Shown here in pieces: positions 18,902 through 28,376 of a stretch of 64,000 nt of DNA. How positions within the stretch are numbered: position 1 is the first letter of the stretch; every line of letters begins with the position of its first letter. The notes below the pieces were generated by a model. That model worked only from the letters and a program-made list of their open reading frames with translations, was not told where the DNA came from and searched no databases. The DNA comes from an uncultured Gemmatimonadota bacterium. Lineage in GTDB: Bacteria; JAAXHH01. A program made the position numbers and the translations under genes. The DNA lies in assembly GCA_951812955.1 (NCBI GenBank), contig OX638340.1:3264001-3328000 (forward strand), written 5' to 3'.

Positions 18902-19495
18902 ATGGCCATGAATAAAAAAGACATGTCCGGGATGCCGGAGTCGAACGGTAGCGAAACAATCATCCGCCCGGCCGTGATCGGGGACGTTCCCGAAATCATG
19001 GAAATCCTCGAGCCCTACATCGAAGAGGATATCCTCCTGCCTGTGTCGGTCTACCGCCTCTTCGAGCACATCCGGTACTTCGTCGTCGGCGAACGCGATG
19101 GCCAGGTGATCGGATGCGGATCCCTCGTGATCATATGGCACGACCTGGCGGAGGTACGGTCGCTGGCCGTCCGGAGAGGCTGCCATGGCGGCGGCATCGG
19201 CGGGCGCATCGTCGATGAACTGATCGCCGAGGCGGAGGAGCTGGGTGTCGCCCGGGTCTTCGCCCTGACCTACGAGACCGGTTTTTTCGGCCGCCACGGG
19301 TTCGAGGTAGTCGACCGTGATACGCTCCCGCACAAGGTATGGAAGGACTGTACCAACTGCGCCCGTTTTACCCACTGCGACGAAATCGCCGTGGCCCGGA
19401 CGCTGATCCCCGAGGACCAGCGCGCGCCCGAACCGGCCTTGCCGGCCATGCAGCAGGATCCCACCCTGATCATGCCTTCGCCCGCCCCGCGGTAA
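18902..19495 (+). CDS. GNAT family N-acetyltransferase, possibly short-form N-acetylglutamate synthase (arg operon context)
   Basis: ...LAVRRGCHGGGIGGRIVDELIAEA... acetyl-CoA binding motif Q/RxxGxG/A; positioned after argH. Confidence 0.6.
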   Translation: MAMNKKDMSGMPESNGSETIIRPAVIGDVPEIMEILEPYIEEDILLPVSVYRLFEHIRYFVVGERDGQVIGCGSLVIIWHDLAEVRSLAVRRGCHGGGIGGRIVDELIAEAEELGVARVFALTYETGFFGRHGFEVVDRDTLPHKVWKDCTNCARFTHCDEIAVARTLIPEDQRAPEPALPAMQQDPTLIMPSPAPR

Positions 19496-19540
19496 CCTGT
19501 GATTAAGCGCCAGAAAGTGAACGCGTCCGGACGGCTTCCC

Positions 19541-20716
19541 ATGTCGAACCACGTGATCGAAGCGGCGGCACAGCTCAGGTGGTGGCTGCGGCTTCCCCCG
19601 ACCAACCTCATCGACCGGGGCGACCACGTCCGTTTCCGGTACGCCCTCTACCTGATGATCCACCAGGTCGCCACCGTGCTCTACGGCATAAACGGGCTGC
19701 CCGAAAGTATGTACTATCCCTCGCGGCTCGAGGGTGCACGAAACCGCCTGGACGGGTTGACCCGGGCGCCGGAACACGCGGGCTCAATCCTCTGGACACT
19801 GGCGACCGAACGCGATCCGGAGAAAGCGTGGGCGGCCGCGGCAGGACTGATGCGGGATACCCTGGCATTGCTGGAAGAATCAGCGGATGGGCGTGGTTCA
19901 ATGGGTTGGGAAGTCGAGGAAGGATCATTCAAGCCGGATCAGTCTCGGAATCCCGATGATCTATACGCACTGGCCGCCGAAATCGCTGAGCGGCTTCGCC
20001 TCCTCGAGAAAGCAAGCGCCGTGGCTCTGGGCGGATCCCTGGGGAGGGGTTACGCAGACCGCCAGTCGGATATCGATCTGCTCTTTTTCGGGCCGAGCAT
20101 TCCCCGTGAGGTCGATCGCCGCCGGCTGATCTCGGCCTGGCCGGACATTCAACATGGACCCCTGGTCGAACCGGCCTGCGACAGCGTGGTGCTCGATGGG
20201 GCGATGGTCCATATACGCTACTGGACCAGGCAGACCGTGGAAGACATGCTGGCGGCAATTCCCAGGCCACCGGTACAGCGGATCCTTGCAGAAGAGTTAC
20301 AGAAATGCCACGTCTTGATCGATCCGGACGGAAGGCTTCTCGCGTGGAAAGGCGTTTTGCATCACATTCCATCGGAATTGGTCACGGTTATTTACGAAGA
20401 AGCGCGGGGAAGGCTGCCCGCTTTTCGTAAGCAGTGGCAGAAGGCGCAGGAGTCCGATGACCGGATCCATCTCTACTGCCTGGCCAACCAGGCCGTGAAC
20501 GATTTCCTGATTGCGCTGTATATCCGGAATGGGCGGTTTCTGAGCACGCCCAGATGGATTCACCTTGATACGCACGCGTTCGATGTCGGTCTGCCGGAAC
20601 TGGAATGCAGATTGGCTTCGTTTGTGGACGGGATAGACGACCGGAAAGATACTGCGGCGAGATGGCGCGCGCTTGAGGTTTTGTGGGGGAAGTTGGCGAG
20701 TTTGCCGCCTTCATAG
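19541..20716 (+). CDS. nucleotidyltransferase-domain protein (Pol-beta superfamily), unusual in having ~180 aa N-terminal to the NTase motif
   Basis: GGSLGRGYADRQSDIDLLFFG = GS-x9-DxD nucleotidyltransferase motif; ATG at 19541 preferred over track GTG at 19499. Confidence 0.55.
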   Translation: MSNHVIEAAAQLRWWLRLPPTNLIDRGDHVRFRYALYLMIHQVATVLYGINGLPESMYYPSRLEGARNRLDGLTRAPEHAGSILWTLATERDPEKAWAAAAGLMRDTLALLEESADGRGSMGWEVEEGSFKPDQSRNPDDLYALAAEIAERLRLLEKASAVALGGSLGRGYADRQSDIDLLFFGPSIPREVDRRRLISAWPDIQHGPLVEPACDSVVLDGAMVHIRYWTRQTVEDMLAAIPRPPVQRILAEELQKCHVLIDPDGRLLAWKGVLHHIPSELVTVIYEEARGRLPAFRKQWQKAQESDDRIHLYCLANQAVNDFLIALYIRNGRFLSTPRWIHLDTHAFDVGLPELECRLASFVDGIDDRKDTAARWRALEVLWGKLASLPPS

Positions 20717-21429
20717 GCCTTATGGTCGTCCGTGGTTGAGATTCGAAATGCTCTGCGCACATCTCGGAAATTACATCGTCTACGCGAAGGCTGAGATACG
20801 GCTATCTAAGGCGAGTCTGCTTCTGGAACAAAATAGACTTCGAGATTCAGGTTGAGAAATCGACTAATACCAGTAAGCAAGTTCCATGTAGGTATCCGTT
20901 TGACGTGTTCGGCTCTTGCGTTTGATCCACGCGTATTGTGCATTGCTACAATCATCGATCATCGGATTGCCTCTTATCGGGGCTGGATCGAATCCACGAC
21001 ATCGATCGAAGGAGTGGATTTCATGGGATGGCTCTATGAAGCCAAAAAGAGACGGCACAGGGTAGAAGGACGTGCTGAGGGCCGGAGAGAGTGACCAGGC
21101 CTACAGGGAGTGGATCAACAGGGAACAAGAGGCTGGTATGCTTGGCACACCGAAGCAAAGTCCTCCGCCGTTTCTTGATGATAGAATCTGCGATCAGGCC
21201 AACGGCTCGGATCATTGACACGGCTGGTTTTTCGATAGTCTCGGAAATCCGGGTATTGGCCTTTGGGGGACAGGATGGTTTGGCCAGTCGGATCCCCAGG
21301 ATTATTAGTAACGAATTCGGCAATGAGTCGTTTCTACGTCTGGCTCTGAACTTGCCCTATCCGGCTCAGATGTGACTACCACGTATACTGTCCTCCCCTC
21401 ATGCGAAATCGCTCGACATCGACCCGAAC

Positions 21430-21650
21430 CTCTTCCAGAGCCTTCGCGATTCCAACCTAAAGGATGGGGCGCTATAAGTATGATTTCCGTTCTATTTTGT
21501 CCAGATAGGTTTCGGTCAGCATCGACCCGTTGGTGACGATCGAGGTGGTCATCCCATATCCTTTCACCATTTCAATCAGATCCGCCAACTAGGGACAGAG
21601 CGTTTGTTCGCCACCTGCGAAACTCATTTCTTCGGTCCTTGCGTTCTGCA
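21430..21650 (-). pseudogene. remnant of a radical-SAM enzyme gene (fragment with internal stop)
   Basis: Minus-strand translation ...[44 protein letters not shown]... resembles the GGEPLL...TNG region of radical SAM/SPASM proteins but carries a TAG and lacks the CxxxCxxC N-terminus. Confidence 0.3.
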
Positions 21651-21941
21651 ACGTTGCCATTAGTGGCGGCATTGTTGGCTATAGAATGGACATCTACGTA
21701 GTACGGGGTTACGGCAGTCGAGGGCACGGCTCCGTTCTTCGGTCGGAAGCAAACGAGGAACCATCTAGTCGCTATTAAGGCTGAGGTGGCATTTTCAATG
21801 GCGAGCCGACACGCGGACTGGATGAAACAGGGTCGGCGAGATTATGAATACTACATCCGTGCGGAAGCGAAATGCGCACTGGCGAACGCCGCGCAGGTCA
21901 TCGACTTCTGTGAAGGTATTCTGGCTGGACCGCTCTCGACT

Positions 21942-22257
21942 GATGGAGCGTCTCAATCGAGCGGTCCGAACGCTGGGTGACCGCCACCCCGAAATCGAAT
22001 CGATCTATCTGTCCGGCTCGTTGGCGCGGGGAGACGCTGTACCCGGCAGCGACAGCGACGCGGACCTGCTGATCTTGGTGAGTCATGCCACCGAGCCGTT
22101 TCGGGATCGACCGGTCTGTTACCACACGACGGGTATGGGCGTGGACGTCGACGTGGTGGTTTACACGCGAGAGGAACTGGACGCGCTGCTGGAGACGGAC
22201 AACGAATTCGCACGGCGGGCATTGCGTGAGGGTGTCCGGTTGTTTCCGGTTCGCTGA
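21942..22257 (+). CDS. MNT-type minimal nucleotidyltransferase (antitoxin-like), apparently orphan
   Basis: ...IESIYLSGSLARGDAVPGSDSDADLLILV... = GSxxRG-x6-10-DxD of KNTase/MNT family; no intact HEPN partner found adjacent; start at MERLNRA ATG. Confidence 0.55.
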
Positions 22258-22425
22258 AGCGACCGGATACCGTGGTCTTTCTGGCCATGGTGGCAGTAAA
22301 CGGTTCGATCTTTCGGAGTTTGGGCGTTACGCGCTTTCAATCGAGATGGCCTTCGATTACGTTATAGTCGACAAGCTGTCAGGCGTCCCCAAAGGGATAA
22401 TCGCCCTGGATCTTGGAGGCGTTCG

Positions 22426-22860
22426 ATGATTAAGAATGAAAGGCAGTATTTGATTACGAAGGCTCAGGCTGCACGGTTCGTCCGCACTCTTGAAAGCCTG
22501 GATGGCGATGACGGTGTACATGATGTCATTCATAAAGCGCAACGGGATGCCGTACGAAGCCAGATCTCGGATATGAAAGCAGAGATTTCTGAGTACGAAT
22601 CGTTGAAGGCAGGGAACTCAAACCAGATCAACTTAAAACAGTCAACGAATTACCGGTGCTGCTAATCAAAGCGAGGATCGCTCAAGGCTTAAGCCAGAAA
22701 GATCTGACCGATCGGCACGGCTTAAAGGAACAACAAATACAGCGATATGAAGCCACGGACTATGTCTCCGCCGACTACCGCGACTCAGGGAGGTCGTCGG
22801 GGCCTTGGGAATCGAAGGAAAAACAATGAATTAGAATGAAACAGTCTCCGCATCTTAGTG
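22426..22860 (+). pseudogene. XRE-family HTH antitoxin (HigA-like) pseudogene with two frameshifts
   Basis: Frame 1: MIKNERQYLITKAQAARFVRTLESL...; frame 3 continues ...NELPVLLIKARIAQGLSQKDLTDRHGLKEQQIQRYEATDYVSA...(classic XRE helix-turn-helix); a third frame gives ...PRLREVVGALGIEGK. Shifts near 22640 and 22775. Confidence 0.55.
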
Positions 22861-22982
22861 GCCACATCAATCAATTTAACATGTTTCAACCGGTATACAT
22901 TCACACAAATATGCAAGCCATGTATCCAATGAAACAGTAGAGCCGTGGCTACCACAGCGAGCAGCAACTAGATTTGTTTAGG

Positions 22983-25900
22983 TTAGGCCATTAGATGCTC
23001 CAAAAGATTGTGGCTAACAGACCTGACTGTTCCCGTAGAAAGATCTAAAGCAACCTCCGCCATACCCACACCTTCGGATTGGGCGTTTATCTCTGAGCGC
23101 ATCCAAGCTCTTAGCCGTTCCGGCTGTTCATAGGTATCCAAAAGAAAGGAAGGGTAATTCAATTTTTCGAAGCTTGTGGGTTGGGTTTCTAGTCGGTTGA
23201 AAGCAAGCTCACGTACTTTCTTGTCACGTGTGAAACGGGCAGCTACGGCGCGCAAGCACGAAGGCAAAAACTCCCAGATATCACCACGGAGGTTCGACAT
23301 TCTCGTCTCAACTCCGATTACGAATTCATTCGGAGATGCGATTGCGGCTAACAATTGTATCTGAGCCGGAAGCAGGAGTTTAGGTTTTTCAGCTTGAACA
23401 CGGGTTCTCAGTTCTTTCCATGCTTGCGAGTCTGGCCAGCCTGCACTAAGGGCGATAACAAGCGCATTCGAATTGTCATCTAGAGTTACACAAGACTTTA
23501 GAACTTCGTAAGTTTTGGTATCGTTGGAAAATTGTTCAGCGAGAATTTCTGCAGCTACTATGCCAGGAGCAGTTTCGATCCAACTGCCTACATGGTGATA
23601 TTGAACTAAGGGGAGGCAAAGCTCGCGTAGTTGTTTCGTATTTCGCAATTGACTAGAATAAAGTTGTAGCATTGGTGCAGTCGTCATACTCTGACTAGCT
23701 TGTTCAACAATCTCGTCTGCTTTATCAGAATCTGTGGCGTGGGCAGCCATTTCCGTTAGGAATTCATCCGACATCCATCCTATTTGTTCCCAAATACTAT
23801 CACCGAACGCCTGAGTTATCCTATTCCAATGGCTGACCAAGTGTTCGGCTAATCGTAGGTTAGTGCTATGGACTACGCCAAAGCCTCGGTCATTTGTCTC
23901 ACATTCTGACCACACAGTTTTTACGATGTCAAGTCGGTCAAGCTCAAGAAGTACGGAGAAGGCCGCTTGGCGCCGGTCCCCGTAATCCGGTCCTATAACA
24001 AGCAACCCCTTTGTCAGTTTTTCAAGAAGTTCAGATGAGAGTTCATCTCGTTGAATGACTGATGCTGCGAAGCCGATTGCAGCTGCCGTTTTAACATTTA
24101 CATCTATATCTTCATCATAATCTGACAGAAGTTTATATGCGAAATCATCGTCTGGACCTAAGCGTGCAAGTCGATCGACGACAGTCAAACGGAGTTGTAC
24201 GGGGAGTGGACTACTTAGTTTGAGCAGTTCACAACGTATCTCATCACAATTTAGGTAGGCATTTGCAACGGTATTCAAGTCCCCTGCACGATTCCGTAAC
24301 TGATGAAAAGACAAGTCACGTACCTTGGGATGATTAGGAAAGTGTTTAATCAAGTCACTTACGCCCCAGTATGGTACGCCTGATGGTACCTCCCCCGAGT
24401 ATTTCTCTATAGCTGCTGGCACTACTTCCTCGTCATGCTCCTTTACTCCAAGATTGACCAATCCTATCAAAGCACCTCGGGCTGTTGAACCCGATTCATT
24501 GTTAAGAATCTCTAGTAAACGCCGCCGACATAGTACTTTATCGAGAAGAATCTCTGGCAGAAGATGTGCGGCCTTTATCGCAACATCACTATCAGCAAGA
24601 TTTAACAAAGCAGTAGCAACTTCTTTATCCTCCATACCCCATCCTAGTAACAACCACCGAGCTTGGTCCTTTGATATAACACCAGTATCCTCGTCCGGTT
24701 TAAGCAAAATACCCTTTGCCTGTTCTGATCGAGAGATGAGGCAAAGTTCGAAATCCCAAAATAACCTTCCGTTTTCTTTTTTAATTTTCCGCTCTAGCCA
24801 GTCGTCAACGGCTAGTCCTAATATCTGATGACCAGCGAATGCCTCAACGAGCGGTCCCCAGTTACCGCCAAGGCCAATTAAATGGCTAGGATAGTCTTCA
24901 GTCCGAAACAAACCTGCAATGGCCTCAGCAACCTCATCATCTTGCGGAAAACCTTCCAGCAGAATGATTCCGACGGCTCCAGAATCAACTATTACTTTAT
25001 CACCATTTCGTTCGATACTCCGTATCGCACTGTTTTTGACTCCAATGTCACCTGGCCAACCCTTGAGAAGAGCCCGAATTCGGTCGTCTTTCCAGCACCA
25101 TGATGCAAAGTGAAAATCTCGTGCAAGTTCTACTAATGTCTCGTAGTCATCCACATCCTGTTCTTTGCGTTTCACTCGATGAATTAGTGCGACACTTTGT
25201 AATGCAACATCGGCAGATGACCGCGCGTGCTTCAAGATTTCAGGAAGCCGATGATTAGTTTCCCAACCAAGGCAAAGCGCATGCAAGGAGCAGGCAAGCA
25301 GTCGCGGTTCAGAAGGAATCAATAGTAAGTCAAACAGCCATTCTGCAACAGAAGGATCACCTCCGTAAGCTCTTGCGAGTGATTCTGCTGCTATTCGTTG
25401 ATTCCAAGCTTCTTCATCAATAAAGCCACGCATTAATATCGCTTGGCCCTCGCTAGAAATACCCCATTTCGAGGCGGACTCATACATTCCGTGACGATAT
25501 TGATGTCGCAAGGGAAACCAGCGTTGAATACGGGACTCTACATGTGATCGCAGTATCTCGGATTCAAGTCCATCAAGTGCAAACTCAATAAGTCGTTCTC
25601 GAGTACCCGTGCGAACTCCGGTTTCTACAATCTCAAACGTCTCTTCCGCCAGTTTTCTGGCGACACTTGGCGAACAATGGAGATCACCAAAGGCTACTTC
25701 GGCAAGAAAGCTTTGCCGAGATAACTCCATTTCAGCCGCTAGTGGCATACTTTCGATAATCGCGACGAATTCATCCACCTCACCATACCGCGAGTTAAGA
25801 TGGCACAGGCACAAAAACACATCGTGCCACTGAGGATTCTTAAATCGTTTCTTCAATGCTTCCTTTTGCTGTTCAAATGGGAGATTAGATAGGTGTTTTG

Positions 25901-27872
25901 CAGCGAGGAATTCTTGTAAAGAGCGATGTAGAAAGCCGATCTCTATTGGTGATTTCTCGATGAGAACCCCAACTGCCTCGGTACCAATAGTGAGTAATTC
26001 TTCTGCTATACTATGTGCACCTTCCGGTTTTTTATGTAGGTGAGTTGAACAAAATCCCTGAAGCACATCCTTAGCAATGACTCTATCTAGAGCATCGCTC
26101 CCCGCTGAATCGTGGGTTTCCCAAGCCAACCTAGCCAATGCCCGTTCACGTGTTTCCTGTTGCAAATGTGAGTTGGTCCCGCGTGCGTGAACTGACTTTT
26201 CACGTCGCTTGGGCTGTTCGTCTAGCAGCAGACGTGCTAGTTCCTCGTATGCTTTGAATCTGCTGCGGGGAAGGCTCACTTTCTGAATGGCAAGAGCAAT
26301 TAGGCCATTAAGTAGTAAAGGCACCTTTGCCAGGCGGGATATCCGTAAATCACGGTGAAGGTCTTGTATGAATTGGGTGGCTTCGGATTTCGCCCTTTTG
26401 TGTCGCATGGCGATAGAGTCGCTATCTTCGCCAGGTACAGCAAGTGTGTAGGACCGATGCATGAACCATCGTTCAGCCAAGATTCCTTGTTGTTCATCTG
26501 TCAACCCAGAAAGCTGGGCTACACGCCACCTACTGCTTAGTCCACCGATCCGCGTATAACCTAGAGGACGACTGCTGACGATTGCTGGTACATTCCGTTC
26601 TCCCACGAATTGTTCGAGCAAACCAAGCGCCGTCCGAGCATCCGTGCCGTTACTCCACTCATCAAGGCCATCTACAAATAGCATTAATCTCGAATCTTCC
26701 AAAGCCTGCTGAACCAATGTAATTAGAGCTGTCTCAGCGGAAACTTTTTGAAGCCAAGCAGTGAGAACATTTGCTAACGAACACCCTGTTTCAGATTCGC
26801 TGACAAGTCGCGTCCACATGGCAAACGGAACCCAAACAGGTAAATATTGTCCCCAACGAAGAGCACTTGCCTCATAGCGCGGATCGGTACTAAGTAGATC
26901 AAGTAATACACAACGAAGCAAGGTACTCTTGCCGATACCTGGGTCTCCAAGTACAACCGACTGATCGGAGTCTGCAAGCCAGTCAATCGCTGAGCGGCGA
27001 ACTAGCGAGGGTCGAGGCAAAACTTGCGGTCTGCGGGATTGAGTAGAGTCTTCGTTTCCATCGGTGCGGAGTCGTCCTTTATTTTGATCTTCTATCGATT
27101 GATTAGTTGTTTCAATGTGGGCAGCTTGTTGTTCTTCCAGAATATCGGGAGGCACAAATCGATCGGCTAAACTGAGGGGCTGAAAGTCAGGTTTTATGGA
27201 ACCTGTTACGGACGGGATACCGGGATCGGAAATCTCGAAATGGTGAGTATAGCAACGCCGAAGAAGCTGTCGCAGTTGTACGACCTGACCAGGTTTTAAT
27301 CGGCGACTCGACAGTTTGGCAGCAGCTTCTTCGCCACAGAATTCCTGCACCCACTCGCGTCCAAAGAAGTCGTCTACTAAATCTGGATGGTTTTTTAGAT
27401 GTTCAGAAATCTGCGTGACACCAAGTGGTAGGAATTGGATGTTGCGTTCACGGAGGCGATCGCCTTGTGATTCTAATTCTATTGCAAGCTTTTTTTCTTC
27501 GGTCTTCACCGAAACTGCTAGTACAAACTTATCGGTTTTAGGTGCCCATGAGCCTTTTAAAAAACCAGTAACCGCAATGTCGATGAGATCCGAGCTGAAT
27601 TCCTTGTATCTTTTGCACTGCCAAACAGTATATCTGGATGATTCCAATGTGCGTACGTAGATATCTATACCTTCTTGATCCTGACCTGGAATCCCATACT
27701 CTTGACATCTTTCCACTTTTCCACCGCGCTGTGCGAGGCGAGCACAAAGTCTTTGAAAGAAGTTCCACGGTAAGAGGTTTAGTGGGAGTTCCTGTAATCT
27801 AGTTCTAATGGGATGAGAGACAAATGATTCAGATGGTACCCACACACTTGTGTTTTTTTTTGATTCTTCCAT
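22983..27872 (-). CDS. NLR-like antiviral STAND protein: N-terminal Mrr-type restriction-endonuclease-like domain + NACHT NTPase + ~1000-aa C-terminal helical (HEAT/ARM-like) repeat region
   Basis: N-term ...GQDQEGIDIYVRT...YTVWQCKRYK... (Mrr_cat-like D...QxK); Walker A VVLGDPGIGKSTLL; NACHT-type Walker B LMLFVDGLDEW followed by AIVSSRP; remainder alpha-helical repeats. Real ATG is second codon of track ORF (track starts at TTG). ~45% GC. Confidence 0.85.
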   Translation of the reverse strand: MEESKKNTSVWVPSESFVSHPIRTRLQELPLNLLPWNFFQRLCARLAQRGGKVERCQEYGIPGQDQEGIDIYVRTLESSRYTVWQCKRYKEFSSDLIDIAVTGFLKGSWAPKTDKFVLAVSVKTEEKKLAIELESQGDRLRERNIQFLPLGVTQISEHLKNHPDLVDDFFGREWVQEFCGEEAAAKLSSRRLKPGQVVQLRQLLRRCYTHHFEISDPGIPSVTGSIKPDFQPLSLADRFVPPDILEEQQAAHIETTNQSIEDQNKGRLRTDGNEDSTQSRRPQVLPRPSLVRRSAIDWLADSDQSVVLGDPGIGKSTLLRCVLLDLLSTDPRYEASALRWGQYLPVWVPFAMWTRLVSESETGCSLANVLTAWLQKVSAETALITLVQQALEDSRLMLFVDGLDEWSNGTDARTALGLLEQFVGERNVPAIVSSRPLGYTRIGGLSSRWRVAQLSGLTDEQQGILAERWFMHRSYTLAVPGEDSDSIAMRHKRAKSEATQFIQDLHRDLRISRLAKVPLLLNGLIALAIQKVSLPRSRFKAYEELARLLLDEQPKRREKSVHARGTNSHLQQETRERALARLAWETHDSAGSDALDRVIAKDVLQGFCSTHLHKKPEGAHSIAEELLTIGTEAVGVLIEKSPIEIGFLHRSLQEFLAAKHLSNLPFEQQKEALKKRFKNPQWHDVFLCLCHLNSRYGEVDEFVAIIESMPLAAEMELSRQSFLAEVAFGDLHCSPSVARKLAEETFEIVETGVRTGTRERLIEFALDGLESEILRSHVESRIQRWFPLRHQYRHGMYESASKWGISSEGQAILMRGFIDEEAWNQRIAAESLARAYGGDPSVAEWLFDLLLIPSEPRLLACSLHALCLGWETNHRLPEILKHARSSADVALQSVALIHRVKRKEQDVDDYETLVELARDFHFASWCWKDDRIRALLKGWPGDIGVKNSAIRSIERNGDKVIVDSGAVGIILLEGFPQDDEVAEAIAGLFRTEDYPSHLIGLGGNWGPLVEAFAGHQILGLAVDDWLERKIKKENGRLFWDFELCLISRSEQAKGILLKPDEDTGVISKDQARWLLLGWGMEDKEVATALLNLADSDVAIKAAHLLPEILLDKVLCRRRLLEILNNESGSTARGALIGLVNLGVKEHDEEVVPAAIEKYSGEVPSGVPYWGVSDLIKHFPNHPKVRDLSFHQLRNRAGDLNTVANAYLNCDEIRCELLKLSSPLPVQLRLTVVDRLARLGPDDDFAYKLLSDYDEDIDVNVKTAAAIGFAASVIQRDELSSELLEKLTKGLLVIGPDYGDRRQAAFSVLLELDRLDIVKTVWSECETNDRGFGVVHSTNLRLAEHLVSHWNRITQAFGDSIWEQIGWMSDEFLTEMAAHATDSDKADEIVEQASQSMTTAPMLQLYSSQLRNTKQLRELCLPLVQYHHVGSWIETAPGIVAAEILAEQFSNDTKTYEVLKSCVTLDDNSNALVIALSAGWPDSQAWKELRTRVQAEKPKLLLPAQIQLLAAIASPNEFVIGVETRMSNLRGDIWEFLPSCLRAVAARFTRDKKVRELAFNRLETQPTSFEKLNYPSFLLDTYEQPERLRAWMRSEINAQSEGVGMAEVALDLSTGTVRSVSHNLLEHLMA

Positions 27873-28376
27873 CAATGTAAATCCTTAAACCGATCGTCGA
27901 TGATGTTACCTCGATTTCGTGGACGATTTACCATTTGGGATTCAGGCTGTTTGCTTGAAGCTCCTTTCGTAGGTTGATGGTGAGAGATATCCGGGGGAAG
28001 AGTGCTTTCTCCAAGTATTGTAGAAGTCCTCGATGTATTCGAACAGTGCGAGTCTAGCCTCGGTCCCTGATTCGCTAGACCGACCGTATGTTGCAAGTGG
28101 AGAAACCTGAGAAAGTTATAGGTAGGGTTGCAAATACTATAATAAACATAGGCAATCACTACGTGGATTCGCCATCTGCACACAACCAAGGCACGCGTTC
28201 GAACGGGTTTTGGTTTCCAGTGATTAAACGATTCTTATATCGTCCTCGATATTCGAATTTCCGCAACAATATCAATTCGATATACCACTGACTTAGGCGT
28301 AAAGAATCCAATAGTGCATCCATCGAAATGTGACCATGCCTACGTTCAGGGTGAACGATATCATTACGAATCTTTG

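Noticed and set aside
18773-19777. 334-aa minus-strand ORF
   Set aside because: Antisense to argH end/GNAT/NTase genes; no motifs.
20720-21430. Small ORFs (80-100 aa) at the left edge of the island as possible integrase/transposase remnants
   Set aside because: None of the six frames showed recognisable integrase (R...HxxR...Y) or DDE transposase motifs; left as non-coding or decayed DNA.
27872-28189. 105-aa minus-strand ORF just upstream of the NLR-like gene
   Set aside because: Overlaps the NLR start in another frame, composition unlike the island's real genes, no RBS-like context; more likely promoter/5'-UTR DNA.
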